Below, in pieces: positions 1-10,904 of a DNA stretch of 64,000 nucleotides. Numbering within the stretch: the first letter of the stretch is position 1; each line of letters starts with the position of its first letter. A program made the translations under genes and the position numbers. The stretch is from assembly GCA_028534125.1 (NCBI GenBank), contig CM052818.1, forward strand, positions 33,668,001-33,732,000, in the 5' to 3' direction. The stretch is from Lama glama. Lineage: Eukaryota. A model generated the notes under the pieces. That model did not search any database. It was not told where the DNA came from and worked only from the letters and a program-made list of their open reading frames with translations.

Positions 1-589
1 TAGATTATTACAGGATATTGGCTTAGAAATATGGATATTTTAAAATGCCAGAAGAAATAATTGAAAGAGTTAAAAGCCTTCTAGGGATGAAGACTGGGGA
101 GGGGCAGAACAAGGAACACTTATATCTTGTTTACAAGCCTTAATAGTTTTAAATTATACATAAGTTACTTTGCAATAATAAAAATTAATTTTAGGATAAA
201 TAAAAATATAAGCCTTATTAATAAATAACTAATACCCAGACAGGTTTTTTTTTTTAAATAAGGTAAATTTAATGCAATGTTATGGAAAAATATCAGGATA
301 CATTCTTATGTTAAAAAAGTCACAAAAGAGTATAAGTAATATAAATGTATTTGTGTATGAGTGCTTGTTTTTGGTAAAGGATCTAGTTCTGAATCCCATT
401 TATATGCTTGGAAAATGTCTAAGAGAATATAAACAGTACTGGGTATGAGTTAGGGAATTTATTCTTTACACCTCATAGGATTCTGCACAATTTATATTTT
501 CTGCCTAAAAAAAGGTTTTATTACCTTATGTATTCAATTTTCCTTCTTTCTTTCTTTTCTTAAAGAAAAAAGTGCTCCCACATACTCAC

Positions 590-729
590 CTGCCTCCTGC
601 CGAAGCAATCCCAAAGTATCGAGGATTCGACAAGCTTCCAGTGAGCACTGGATCATTGCTTCTTTTTTCTTTCCTGAGTGAATGGCCTCAGCCACCAGCT
701 GTTTTCCGGTTGAATCATCCACAGGTAAT
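590..729 (-). CDS. SLC4A1AP: Kanadaptin (SLC4A1 adaptor protein) coding exon 5; gene continues beyond left edge
   Basis: Encodes [46 protein letters not shown]; cag| acceptor and |gtgag donor; phase fits exon 4. Confidence 0.93.
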
Positions 730-1067
730 CTGCATTGGTTTGGAAGGAATTACAGCACAGTATTAAGCTCCAATTTTCATGAAAAAAGTACTATGCTATG
801 ATAATAGTCATGTTTTTTGAAATGGCTTTTTAATCTCCCAGTTCATTTTGTTCTATCTTGCCAAGGTTGGACTTCAAATCCTTTCCGTCCACTTTTTACC
901 CATCCCACCCCACCCCCAATGCGTTACTAAATAATCAAGGCCCAAATTCAGGAAAAGCCTTAATTTTAAATTAAGACTAAAGTTGCTCTTTGGGTTGTCT
1001 ATAACCATAATTTAAACCTGAAATTGGCCACTTTCCAGAAGTTGACATTAATGAGTAAAGGACATAC

Positions 1068-1128
1068 CTCACTCTGCAGAGCCAAGTGCTATGGCCCTGT
1101 TCATCAAATTCATATTCTAATTCTTCTC
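1068..1128 (-). CDS. SLC4A1AP: Kanadaptin coding exon 4
   Basis: EELEYEFDEQGHSTWLCRV; cag| ... |gtatg; 61 bp, phase 1 to 2. Confidence 0.92.
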
Positions 1129-1921
1129 CTGTGGGAGGAAGAAAGACAAAACAAATTTAATAGCATCTGAAAATTACTAGTTGATATGAAGGGAAAGAGA
1201 GCAAAGGCTAAATATGAATATAAAGTTCTCATACCACACTGAATACTAAATTGCAAAGCACTTAACTTCACATTCCTAGAAATTATCATCTGATAATGAA
1301 GTTTGGATGAGCTTGAGGCAGAGAAACATAAACTCAGATCAAAACAATCAACTCTCTATACAGAGTTTTGTCCAATATATAGTAGCTTTCACATTGATTA
1401 TAAGTTGTAGACTTAAGTTGTTAATTTGCCACAGCTACCTAGTTTTTAGGAGCATAAATATTAAGTGCAGAATACAATGTTCATATATATATTTATATTC
1501 ATACATAAACATGCATATAACACACATACATACACATAGATGTTACCTCAGAGCATCCCTATTGAAACAATCCTCCTTAAATCATATAAAGTGAAAATCC
1601 ATGTTAAGAATTACAAAAGATCAGGTGAATTAGAAACAAAAAAATTTTAAGTTGGGTCGATCTTCCCACAATCCAAGCCTAGGATCTTTTGAGAGGAATT
1701 AGATGAGTCAGGAAAAAGTACTTCCTTTTTCCCAAGACACGAAAAAAGACTAACAAGATTTTCACTATTTTCAAAATAAACCTGAAACAACTGACCACAC
1801 AGGCAAGAACTGAACAAGGAGGACAGCAGAAAAAATAGAATGTTTCTAAGTACTTGAAGGTCTAGAAAACAAAACTGTTGTGGATACATTTTACTGGCAG
1901 GGTCAGAATCTGTTTACATAC

Positions 1922-2044
1922 CTTCTCGGTCAAAAAAACCTTGAAGAGCCTTTTTTGGATCCTTTATATAAAAGGCTTCCCTCTCCTGCTGAAACTCTAA
2001 GACAATGGGGTTCTCTTCAGCCTCATCCTCTACAGCATCTTCTC
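1922..2044 (-). CDS. SLC4A1AP: Kanadaptin coding exon 3
   Basis: EDAVEDEAEENPIVLEFQQEREAFYIKDPKKALQGFFDRE; tag| ... |gtatg. Confidence 0.93.
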
Positions 2045-2593
2045 CTATAGGATATGGGAAAGAAGGATAAGACTATCAGACATAAGAGACTGTCTGAATG
2101 ACACCCACTGTCCTTTCAGGGTGTATATACAGTTATCAGTGATGAAAAGAAAGAAAGAAAGAAAGTAGGGGTAGGCTGGGGGAAGACAATCACAAAACCA
2201 CCTGTATGAACATCTTCAGGTTTTCTATATTGTGACAAGTTAAAACGTTTTTCATGGCACCTTATTCATCACTATATGTATTTTAAAAACAAAATTACCT
2301 ACCACATTCTCTACCTAAAAAAAAAAAAATCTAAGCTCCTCAGTCTGGCATCTCAATTCTCTCATAACCAGGTCTAATACTTTGTCTCCTAATATATAGG
2401 AGTATATATTAGGGGTATAATTTCCTAATACTTATCATATCTACCAAACAGACTAGTTTACTCAGTACTCCCTTAAAATCACCAATCTCTACCCTGAATA
2501 CCACTCCCAGTCCTCAGCTTCCTAAGGGTTCCTTTCCTTTCCTTCAAGACCGTTCTGTTTATAAACTTATAAACTTCCCCAAAGATCGAAGTC

Positions 2594-2858
2594 ACTGCTA
2601 CCCAACAGAAATATAATGAAAGTCATATATATAATCTTACATTTTCTAATAGTCCCATGAAAAAAGAGAAATAGGTGAAGTTATCATGTAATCAATATAA
2701 AAATATTATGAATGCAATACTTACAATCTTTTTTCACACTAAATCTTTGAAATCCAGTGTGTATTTTACATTTACGGCACATGTCAATTTGGACTAGCCA
2801 CACTGAAGGTGCCCAGTAACCACATGTGGCTGGTGACTACCATAATGGACAGTGTAGG
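2594..2858. mobile_element. hAT-Charlie MITE (MER3/MER33-like)
   Basis: GGACTAGCCACA...CCACATGTGGCTGGTGACTACCATAATGGACAG terminal motif. Confidence 0.65.
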
Positions 2859-3260
2859 TCTAAGTCCTCAAAGATTGCTTCCTTCTCTGAACACTTACAC
2901 TAGCACACTTATGGTTTTTAGCCTTTGTCTGACTTAACACAAATAATTTCATATTTATCCTGTCTACCCAACAACATATTATTAAGGCCATCTTCTATCT
3001 TTTCATATTCCTAGCTCCTGAATACCCATCCTCCAAAACGTATGGTGTTATGGAAAATTTACTTTATTCCTTTGCCTAAGGTTTTTCTCTGATTAGGTAC
3101 TTCGCATTTCAGGGTATTTATACAAAGTACAAAAAAATTCGAGGGAACTCATGTATTGAATCACATTCCATTTTATTTGATTGAATGCAGTTCCACCCCT
3201 TACAGTGATAATCAGGATCAGTACTTAATTAAATTTTAATGGTTAAAAATAATAAACTAT

Positions 3261-3428
3261 AGGGGAGGGTATAGCTCAAGTGGTAGAGCACATGCTTAGC
3301 ACGCACAAGGTCCTGGGTTCAATCCCCAGTAACTCCTCCAAAGTTAAATAAACCTAATTACCTCCCCCCAACAATGATTAATTAATTGATTAATTAATTA
3401 ATTAAAATAATAATAATAACAAACTATA
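3261..3428 (+). mobile_element. tRNA-derived SINE (camelid vic-1-like)
   Basis: GGGGAGGGTATAGCTCAAGTGG A-box, GGTTCAATCCC B-box, AT-rich tail, TSD AATAA(T/C)AAACTATA. Confidence 0.85.
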
Positions 3429-3686
3429 CACTGAGGAAGGGTTTTGAACAAGTGAGTGCATTGTAAAACACTTTATAAGAAACCAATTGTGCCCATAATT
3501 CAATTTTTTGTCATCAGAAAAATTAATGAATCTCTCTGGGTTTTGGTAACCTCAGGTGCAAATTGTTTTTGTCCTATCTATCTCAAAGAGTCATGAAAGT
3601 TATATGATTTATAAAAAAAACATTTAAGAGTACCAGTGGAAATGAATTTAAAATATTAACCTCTGGCAGCAATTTTAACGTCTTAC

Positions 3687-3879
3687 CCATTCCCCAGGTG
3701 CAGCCCATTTCATCATCTTGACTACTAGTATTTCTCTGCCTTTCAGCAGTATCCATTTCCTCTTCATCTGAGTCTTCTCCCAGCATCTTCTTCTCCAACA
3801 TCATTTGTTGCTGCTTGCGTAATTCCTTCAACTGCGTTACTGTCAACTCGGATTCTGCCTCTCGGTCTTCCTCAGGTCC
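3687..3879 (-). CDS. SLC4A1AP: Kanadaptin coding exon 2
   Basis: GPEEDREAESELTVTQLKELRKQQQ...MGCTWGM; cag| ... |gtaag. Confidence 0.94.
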
Positions 3880-4117
3880 CTGATGAATTAAGCGAAAGAA
3901 TTCTTTTAGAGTTCCGGATTGTTAAAAAAAAATTAGAGTTCAGGACTGTTGAAGTCACTTTCAGAAATATGACAATGTGTACTGGAGATGAGGAGCCAGA
4001 TTCCTCCAGTTTTGTAAACACTGACTGGGACAATCTTCTTCCTCCGTGAAAGCGTAAGGAACTCAGGAAAGCAGCCGGGGTGCCTCAGAGATTTCGAATC
4101 TAGGTTTTTCCACTTAC

Positions 4118-4780
4118 CTGAAGAAGAAAGAGCCGAGTGCTGCCTCCAAAGCGAAGAACGTGCCCGACGTGGATCCGACAATAGGTGCGGGGTGGGATGA
4201 GGGTTTTGTTAAGAAAAGTGCCGTGGGTGCTTCCTAAATCGTAGAGATAGAAGCCAGGCCCGTGGCCGTCGCCTTCTGCGTCAGGGCCGGACACTCTGTG
4301 CTGCAGCACGGCGTGATAGCGAGACACCGAAGGGTGCTCCAGGCACACGTCGCAGCTAGGCAGCCTCCCGAAAAGGCAGCAACTCACCCCCTTCAAGCTC
4401 CGGGTGCCAAGTATGGTGCCGCCCTTCAGTGTCTCTAGGCTGTAAGGGGCCATGGCCGGGCCGCCCCACGGCGGCTCTCGGTAAGGGGGAGCCCGGGCCG
4501 GGCCGCCAGGGGAAGTAGCTGCTGTAGGGGACCACGGCTGTTCCTCCGCTAGACTCCTAGTCTCCCCGCTGTCCCGCTGGGCCAGAGGGACGTCAGGGTC
4601 TCCGGAATCGGAGTCCAGCAGCGCCGTGGGCATTTCTTTCTTCACCTCCTCAGAGTTTGAAGGATTGGTGGCCGAAGCCTTGCCTCGCACTGCCGGCGGC
4701 ACCGGCAGGGCTGGTCTCTTGAAGTCGCCATTGAGTTCTTGAGGAGCCAGCGACTCGGCCTGAGCAGAACTATCAGCCAT
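4118..4780 (-). CDS. SLC4A1AP: Kanadaptin coding exon 1 (FHA domain); start at MADSS (4780), in-frame upstream ATG at 4852
   Basis: FHA motifs LFGRLPSCDVCLEHPSVSRYHA, YDLGSTHGTFLN, LRFGGSTR; |gtaag donor at 4117. Confidence 0.95.
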
Positions 4781-4859
4781 CCTTACTCGGCTGCAGCCTC
4801 GAAATCTGTTCCTCGGAAACCTCTCCCACTCGGTCTCTACGTTCCTCTCCATGGCCCGT

Positions 4860-5350
4860 TCTCCCCACCTCCAAGCGGCTCCTCTGGCAGCGATGATGGA
4901 GTTGTTCCTTCACGAGCCAGAGCATTGTGAAGAAGTGAGTATTATCCTGGGAAGGTCTTAATAAGTGGAAAACAGAAAAGGGTGGTAGGGTGCTGTCAGA
5001 ATGGGGACATCTTTAAAGGTTGCAACCGGATTGTAGTGACTTCCTGCAGCAGAGCCTGATTGAAAAGAAGCGCTTCCGGCAGTCTTGAACTATTAATCAA
5101 CGCACTAGCCTTCCGGCCCTGGCGCGACCCTCCCCTCGGGCCTTTCGGAGTCGTCCCAGCCCAGCTTCTGCGCGACTCGGCAGTCCTTAGCGGAGCCTCC
5201 TTGCGTCGGTCCCGGTCCAGACCACCCGGTCTCCGGGCTGCCCCGGCATTAGGCGACCCCAGGACCCTGTGATTGGCGCCTGCGCCTGCCGACGGTGACC
5301 GAAGAGCCCCTGCAGGGACTTGGGCATTGCTTAGACTTGGTACCTATCCT
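4860..5350. promoter_or_regulatory. CpG-island bidirectional promoter SLC4A1AP/SUPT7L
   Basis: CpG-rich, lies between divergent genes; ETS-like ACTTCCTG (~5039) and CTTCCGG (~5073, ~5110), ATTGG/CCAAT (~5272), NRF1-like GCGCCTGCGC (~5276). Confidence 0.75.
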
Positions 5351-5459
5351 TCATGCTCCTTTCGGTGAAGTTAGGGGAGAGGACGATTTGTGTTGTCACT
5401 TGGTTCATTCATTTATTCGTTCTTTTTTTATTCTTTCTGAAACCAATTAATGAGGCAAT

Positions 5460-5670
5460 TAATGTAGTCGTTAAGAGTGCAGACCCTGAAACCGAGATCG
5501 TCCTGATTTTCCCTCTCAGCCATTTCTGGCAGTAGGCAAGACAATGGGCCTCAGCTTACACATCTGGAAAATGGGATACTCATAGTATTTACCTCGTAAG
5601 GTAGTTGGGAAAATTGAATAAAACAGTAAAGGCAAAGCCTGGCACATAGTAGGCACTCAATAAATGCCAG
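5460..5670 (+). mobile_element. MIR SINE
   Basis: GGGCCTCAGCTT...ATCTGGAAAATGGG...CCTGGCACATAGTAGGCACTCAATAAATG. Confidence 0.7.
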
Positions 5671-6086
5671 ACACCATACTGAGATCACAGTTGTGAGCGA
5701 CAGATGGAAGAATAAAATAGAGATAAGTACTAGTTTAAATCCAGGGATAAATAATGTGATGGAAATGTACAAAGTGCTGTAATAATATATTGAAGGGAGA
5801 TGTGCTGGGGAGGTGTTAGAGGGTGGTGATTTAAGCCATACTTAAGAGTGAATACAAGTCTGCCAGGAATAGGGGTCACAGGGCATTTCTAGCAGAGATC
5901 ACAGCTTAAAAGGTCTGCTATGGAGATGCATGGCGTTCTCAGTCTGAGTAGTCTGATACTGTTAGAACTAAGGTAGTCATTTTCTCCAAGAAGTTCCTCC
6001 TTTGTGCTTTCTCACTGCACCAGGTCTGTGCCTGGTGGAATGTTAATACTGAAATGTTCTTTTTATGTTTTTCTACCTCACCTCAG

Positions 6087-6191
6087 GGCAAGGATCTTGC
6101 GTTAATTAGTCTTTATCTCCTCACCTGGTACCTGGCATTTGGTGAATGTTTATTGAATCTGTAGAGGCATGTGGGCAATTAATCTGGAAAG
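6087..6191 (+). CDS. SUPT7L: SUPT7L alternative 5' exon (L2-like sequence); ATG at 6169 gives MWAINLE-R spliced to 7019
   Basis: cctcag| acceptor, AAG|gtgagt donor; AAT CTG GAA AG resembles the recalled human MNLQR start; phase 2 fits the gag|ATATTGG acceptor at 7018. Confidence 0.5.
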
Positions 6192-7010
6192 GTGAGTCAG
6201 AGCCAGATTGTAAATTTTGTTGAATGGTAAACCAAAAAACTTTGAGTTTTTCCAATAGGCAATGGAAAGGCATTAGATCTGAATTAAAAATACTAACTCT
6301 AGCATCACTATAGAGAGTAGATTAGATATAAGGAGAGACTGAAGGAAAGGATACTAGGTAGGAGACAGCAGAAATCTCAGAGTCTTCCCTTTATATGTCA
6401 CATAAGATCATTTAGATTAGTGGTTTATAAATTTTTCTACCAGGACCTCTTAAAGATTCCCATACCTGGCATTCACAGAATAAGTACCACCTTTGCCTAT
6501 CTTTAACTCTACTCCGTTTTTCCTACTGATCCGGAACAGATGTGTCAAGATACTCTGAGAAATATTCCAGGTCTCAAATTTAAGTATCTTGCCTTGCAAA
6601 TTGTTCAGAATTGGGTATGATGGTCTTTCTGGCAATGAGTTAGTGGGATGAGGTGGAAAACATGGACACTATAACCCCAGATACTATTACAGCTATTAGT
6701 CTACTAATGACCCAAACTCTACCTTGTGGTACAGCCCCAGAGGAACTGTCACTGTGTGTGATTGTGCTGGCTGGCATCTAACAGCAATATGTCTCTTAAT
6801 TTCTTCAGGGAGAACATCTTTGGTCCTACAGTGTTGCTGACATTGATATTTTTCTAAGTGGTCTTGAACTGCCTACTTTTTATGCAAATAACTGGCTAGA
6901 CATATTTTTCACTATAGAAGCCTATAACCTGCAGTTGTTAGAGATTTAAAAACACTACTTTTAGGATATCATCTACATTTAACTTGAAAGCTCTCCTTTC
7001 TAATTCCAAA

Positions 7011-7423
7011 ATGCTGAGATATTGGGGAGAGATACCAATTTCATCAAGCCAGACCAACAGAAGTTCCTTTGACTTGCTCCCTCGGGAGTTCCGACTGGTG
7101 GAAGTCCATGACCCACCCTTGCACCAACCCTCAGCCAACAAGCCCAAGCGCCCCACCATGCTGGACATTCCCTCAGAGCCTTGCAGCCTCACCATCCATA
7201 CCATTCAGCTGATCCAGCACAACCGACGTCTGCGCAACCTCATTGCCACAGCTCAGGCCCAGAATCAGCAACAGACAGAAGGTGTAAAGACTGAAGAGAG
7301 TGAACCTCTTCCATCCTGTCCTGGGTCACCTCCTCTTCCCGATGACCTCCTTCCTTTAGATTGTAAGAATCCCAACGCACCATTCCAGATTCGGCACAGT
7401 GACCCAGAGAGTGACTTTTATCG
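7011..7423 (+). CDS. SUPT7L: SPT7-like SAGA/STAGA subunit, first main coding exon (MLRYWGEIP...)
   Basis: MLRYWGEIPISSSQTNRSSFDLLPREF...SDPESDFYR; |gtaag donor at 7424. Confidence 0.95.
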
Positions 7424-7889
7424 GTAAGGCAAGACTTTGCTATATCTTACTTTTCTCAAAAAATCTTTCCAACAACCCTGTTAAGTATGTAACAACATTT
7501 CCATGAGGAAACTGAGGATAAGAGTAATTGACTTGGCCAAAGTTGCTCACATAATTAGTGGGAAGTCTAGGACTTGAACTCTGATCTTCCAAATCCAGAG
7601 TCTGTATTTTTAAATTTTCTGATGCAACAAGTATTTATTGAGTGCCTAATTATGTGTCAAGCACTTTACTAGGAGTGAGGTACTACAATGGTTTGTCCTC
7701 ATAGTCCTCAGCGTCTAGTCTTTCTGTTTCACTTAAAACGTATACTATGGGTTAGCCCAGTGTCCTCAAAATTAGATTCATGGACTTATTCTCATATTAT
7801 TGGGCAAGTTCTATACAAGAATTTTTTAACTATGCGTGTTTCATTCAGTAACGTAGTTTAAGAAACAATAATATGAAAATGTTCTTGAT

Positions 7890-8047
7890 CCTTGGTACTC
7901 AAAATCTGGTCCAAGATCAGCAGCAACAACATCACCTGGGTGCTTTTTATGCAGTCTCACACCCCACCCAGACCTGCTGAATCAGAATCTGCATTTTAAC
8001 TAACTCTGGCAGATTCATATGTGTGTTTAAGTTTGAGAAGCCCTCCT
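7890..8047. mobile_element. MER5A-like hAT MITE
   Basis: CCCCAGACCTGCTGAATCAGAATCTGCATTTTAAC...AAGTTTGAGAAG. Confidence 0.75.
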
Positions 8048-8613
8048 CCAGATCCTCTGAATGACTGCCTTATTACCTGTTGGTACTACTAGATTTCAGT
8101 ATGGAAGTTTGCATTTGGTGACAAATAATTACTTAATTGTTTTGAAATTTGTCAGACCTATACAAAAGTTTAAATAATAGTATAAACACCCAAATACCCT
8201 TCACCTGGATTCACCAGTTGTTAACATTTTGCTACATTTCTCTCTCTCGTGTATGTGTGTACACACATATACACACAAATGTACAAACATACACACACAC
8301 ACCCCAAGACTTTTTTTTGCCACATATTTTAAAGTTGCAGACATTGCAATAGTTCACCCCTAAATTCTTCAGATTCTTTTACCTCTGAATTCCTTGCCTC
8401 ATCCTAGGAGTAAGGACAATTTTCTACATAATCCCAATATCATTATCACCCCAAAATAAATGAACACTCATTAAATAATGTCATTTAATAAGAAGATATT
8501 CAAGTTTCTCCATTTGTCTCAAAAGTTGTCCTCTTATAGGTATATTTTTCCCTAATCCAGGACCTAAGAAAGACTCACACATTGTATTTGGTTGTTATGC
8601 CTCTTTAGTGTCT

Positions 8614-8959
8614 GTTTTTTTTTAATTAATGTATAGTTGATTTACAACATTATATAGGTTTCAGGTATACAACTTAGTGATGCACAATTTTTAAGGTTAT
8701 ACTCCATTTATAGTTACTATAAAATATTGGCTATATTCCCTAACCTGTACAACATATCCTTGTGGCTTATTTATTTTATACATAGTAGTTTGTACCTCTT
8801 AATTCCTATTTTGCCTGTTTTCTCCTTCCATCTCCCCACTGATAACCACTAGTTTGTCCTGTGTATCCATGAGTCTCTTTCTTTTTTGTTATATTCACTA
8901 GTTTGTTTTACTTTTTAGATTCTACATATAAGTGATTTCATATAGTATTTGTCTTTTTC
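8614..8959 (-). mobile_element. 5'-truncated L1 3' end
   Basis: T-tail plus L1 3'UTR-like text; perfect 16-bp TSD TGCCTCTTTAGTGTCT (8598-8613 / 8960-8975). Confidence 0.85.
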
Positions 8960-8997
8960 TGCCTCTTTAGTGTCTTTTAAGCCAGAATAGCTTCCTC

Positions 8998-10904
8998 TTT
9001 TTTTATTTATTTTTTCCTCAAAGATAGTGTTATCTTTATTAAAAAAAATAACAACACTTACAAAATAATAGTTCATAAAGGCATTGTACACTGTTGACTG
9101 ATAGTATGGAAAGGGCAGGCCCCCAGCACAGCTGGTTGTGGGCTCCACACCATAACGCTTACAACCACCTGTTCCACTAACTGTAACACAACCCAGAACA
9201 CACAAGGGGAGACCAGCAGCAACGTGGCACTCCTCAACTTCAAGCCTTTGCTATTTGTACGAAGTCAGTCAAGTATCACCCTCCTTAGCAGCATCTGGAG
9301 CACTCGTTGGTGTTCTGGAGGTGGCTGGTGTACTTGACTCACTTACTGAAAAATCTAAGCATCCAATAAAAAAACACTTCTCCCTGTCCAATGCCATCCA
9401 CAGAAACCTGTTGCAGAAGACACATGCTCTTCCATTTAAGTATCTGTAAAAGTTAATGCACGCCTCTACTGCAGTAGACAGGAGAGAACTTGAAACAGGT
9501 ACTTCTGCACAGCTGTCTTTGGTAGAAGATGCTGGTGTGGTCATGCTGTTCCCTGCCCACCGCTCTGCTTCTTACTGCTCTGTTTGGGGGTGGGAGGAGG
9601 TGAGGACTCCATGGGGAGAGGAGAAATCCTATTTTCTTCAGACAATATGGCTTTCTTTGCTTGTGCTTTGTCCAGCAAATCCAAGCTGTTTATAGGGTCT
9701 GGATGCTATGTGCATCTTCAGGAATTCCCCTTGAAGTGCTTAAGTTTTTAACTTCCTGGCTCCCTTATAACCATGGCAAATGGAACCATCCACTTGACAC
9801 ACTTCTCTGTATCACACCACTGACACCCTGAAAGATTTTGCATCAGTTCTGATGAAGAGAAATGATACAAGGCAGAAGCAGCAAGCAAACCATAGGAAAA
9901 TTCTAAGTGGCCAACATCCAGGACACGGAGATCTAAAAGCTCTGCAGTCTGTTTGGAAATTTGCTGAGGATACTGTGACAGGAGCACTTCATAAAAATCA
10001 TTTAGATACACAATCTGCATGTATACACTCAGCCGGGACACAATGGTTAGGGGACCTTAATGCCACTTAAGTGCCTTCATAATGATTAATGGCAACAATT
10101 TCATCTCCTGAACAAGTCCCATCTGTAACAGCAAACTGGTACAGCTTTGGAGGATAGATTTCCTCAAGTTTGGCAGCACTAAATAAAGATGAAATCTCAA
10201 TAAGCCGTAAGAGTGTTTTTACAACATTTTGTTGTGTTGCCATATACCAATCAAAGAAATCCTGTGCCAAGTAGAACGTCTGTCTGTGAAGTTTAGAGAC
10301 TTCATACACCTCCATTAACAAGTTTAGGAGAATTGCTCACATTTAGGCTGCAAAAGAAGGTGCCGCTGCATAAAGTGTTTATCCCTCAAGCATATCTTTT
10401 CCTTATTTAACATGATTTTCCAACCTCCTATCTATAATTGCCCAGTTCAGTACAGGCAGTATTGAGGCTCTGGACAGCGTGCAACTCTGAGGCTTATACA
10501 CAGAATTTGGGTATATGAGCTCATCCTTTTTATCAGGTGTGGGAATCAAGGATCAGGGCTTGTCACAGACTTTATTACTGTCCCAAGGCTGACTGGCACA
10601 CTGGCTTCTCACAGTCCTGTCAATTTTGGCAGTTTCTTCATCTGGATTCTGCAGAAAAATGGCCACATTTGCCTGCCTTTTCTTGGAGCTAACAAGGACA
10701 TCAGTACCACTTTCTTCTTTCATGGTGCCCGTCTCCTTCACATCCCTCTCCTTCTCCCTCGCTGGGCCCAGGATCAGACCTCAGGCCCAAAGCCGTCTCC
10801 ACAGCAGGCAGGCAGGAGTTACGAGCCGAGGGTGGGGGCAGGAAGCAAAACAAAGAGGAGTGGGGAGCCGGGAGGCAGAGGCAGCCAAGAAGCCAAGAGC
10901 CAGC
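8998..10904 (-). pseudogene. CCNE1: Processed pseudogene of cyclin E1 inside a SUPT7L intron (antisense to host)
   Basis: Intronless cyclin E1-like fragments ([58 protein letters not shown]) in shifted frames with premature stops; former stop at 9541-9543; AATAAA at 9035-9040; poly(A) remnant ~8998-9015; degenerate TSD AGCT(T/G)CCTC. Confidence 0.93.

Noticed and set aside
3261..3335. tRNA-like sequence with A and B boxes (also ~63491 and others)
   Set aside because: Followed by a SINE body, AT-rich tail and TSDs, and present as six diverged copies, so these are SINE heads rather than tRNA genes
9748..10741. Cyclin-like ORFs as a functional cyclin gene
   Set aside because: Frameshifts, premature stops, no introns, poly(A) and TSD: a processed pseudogene
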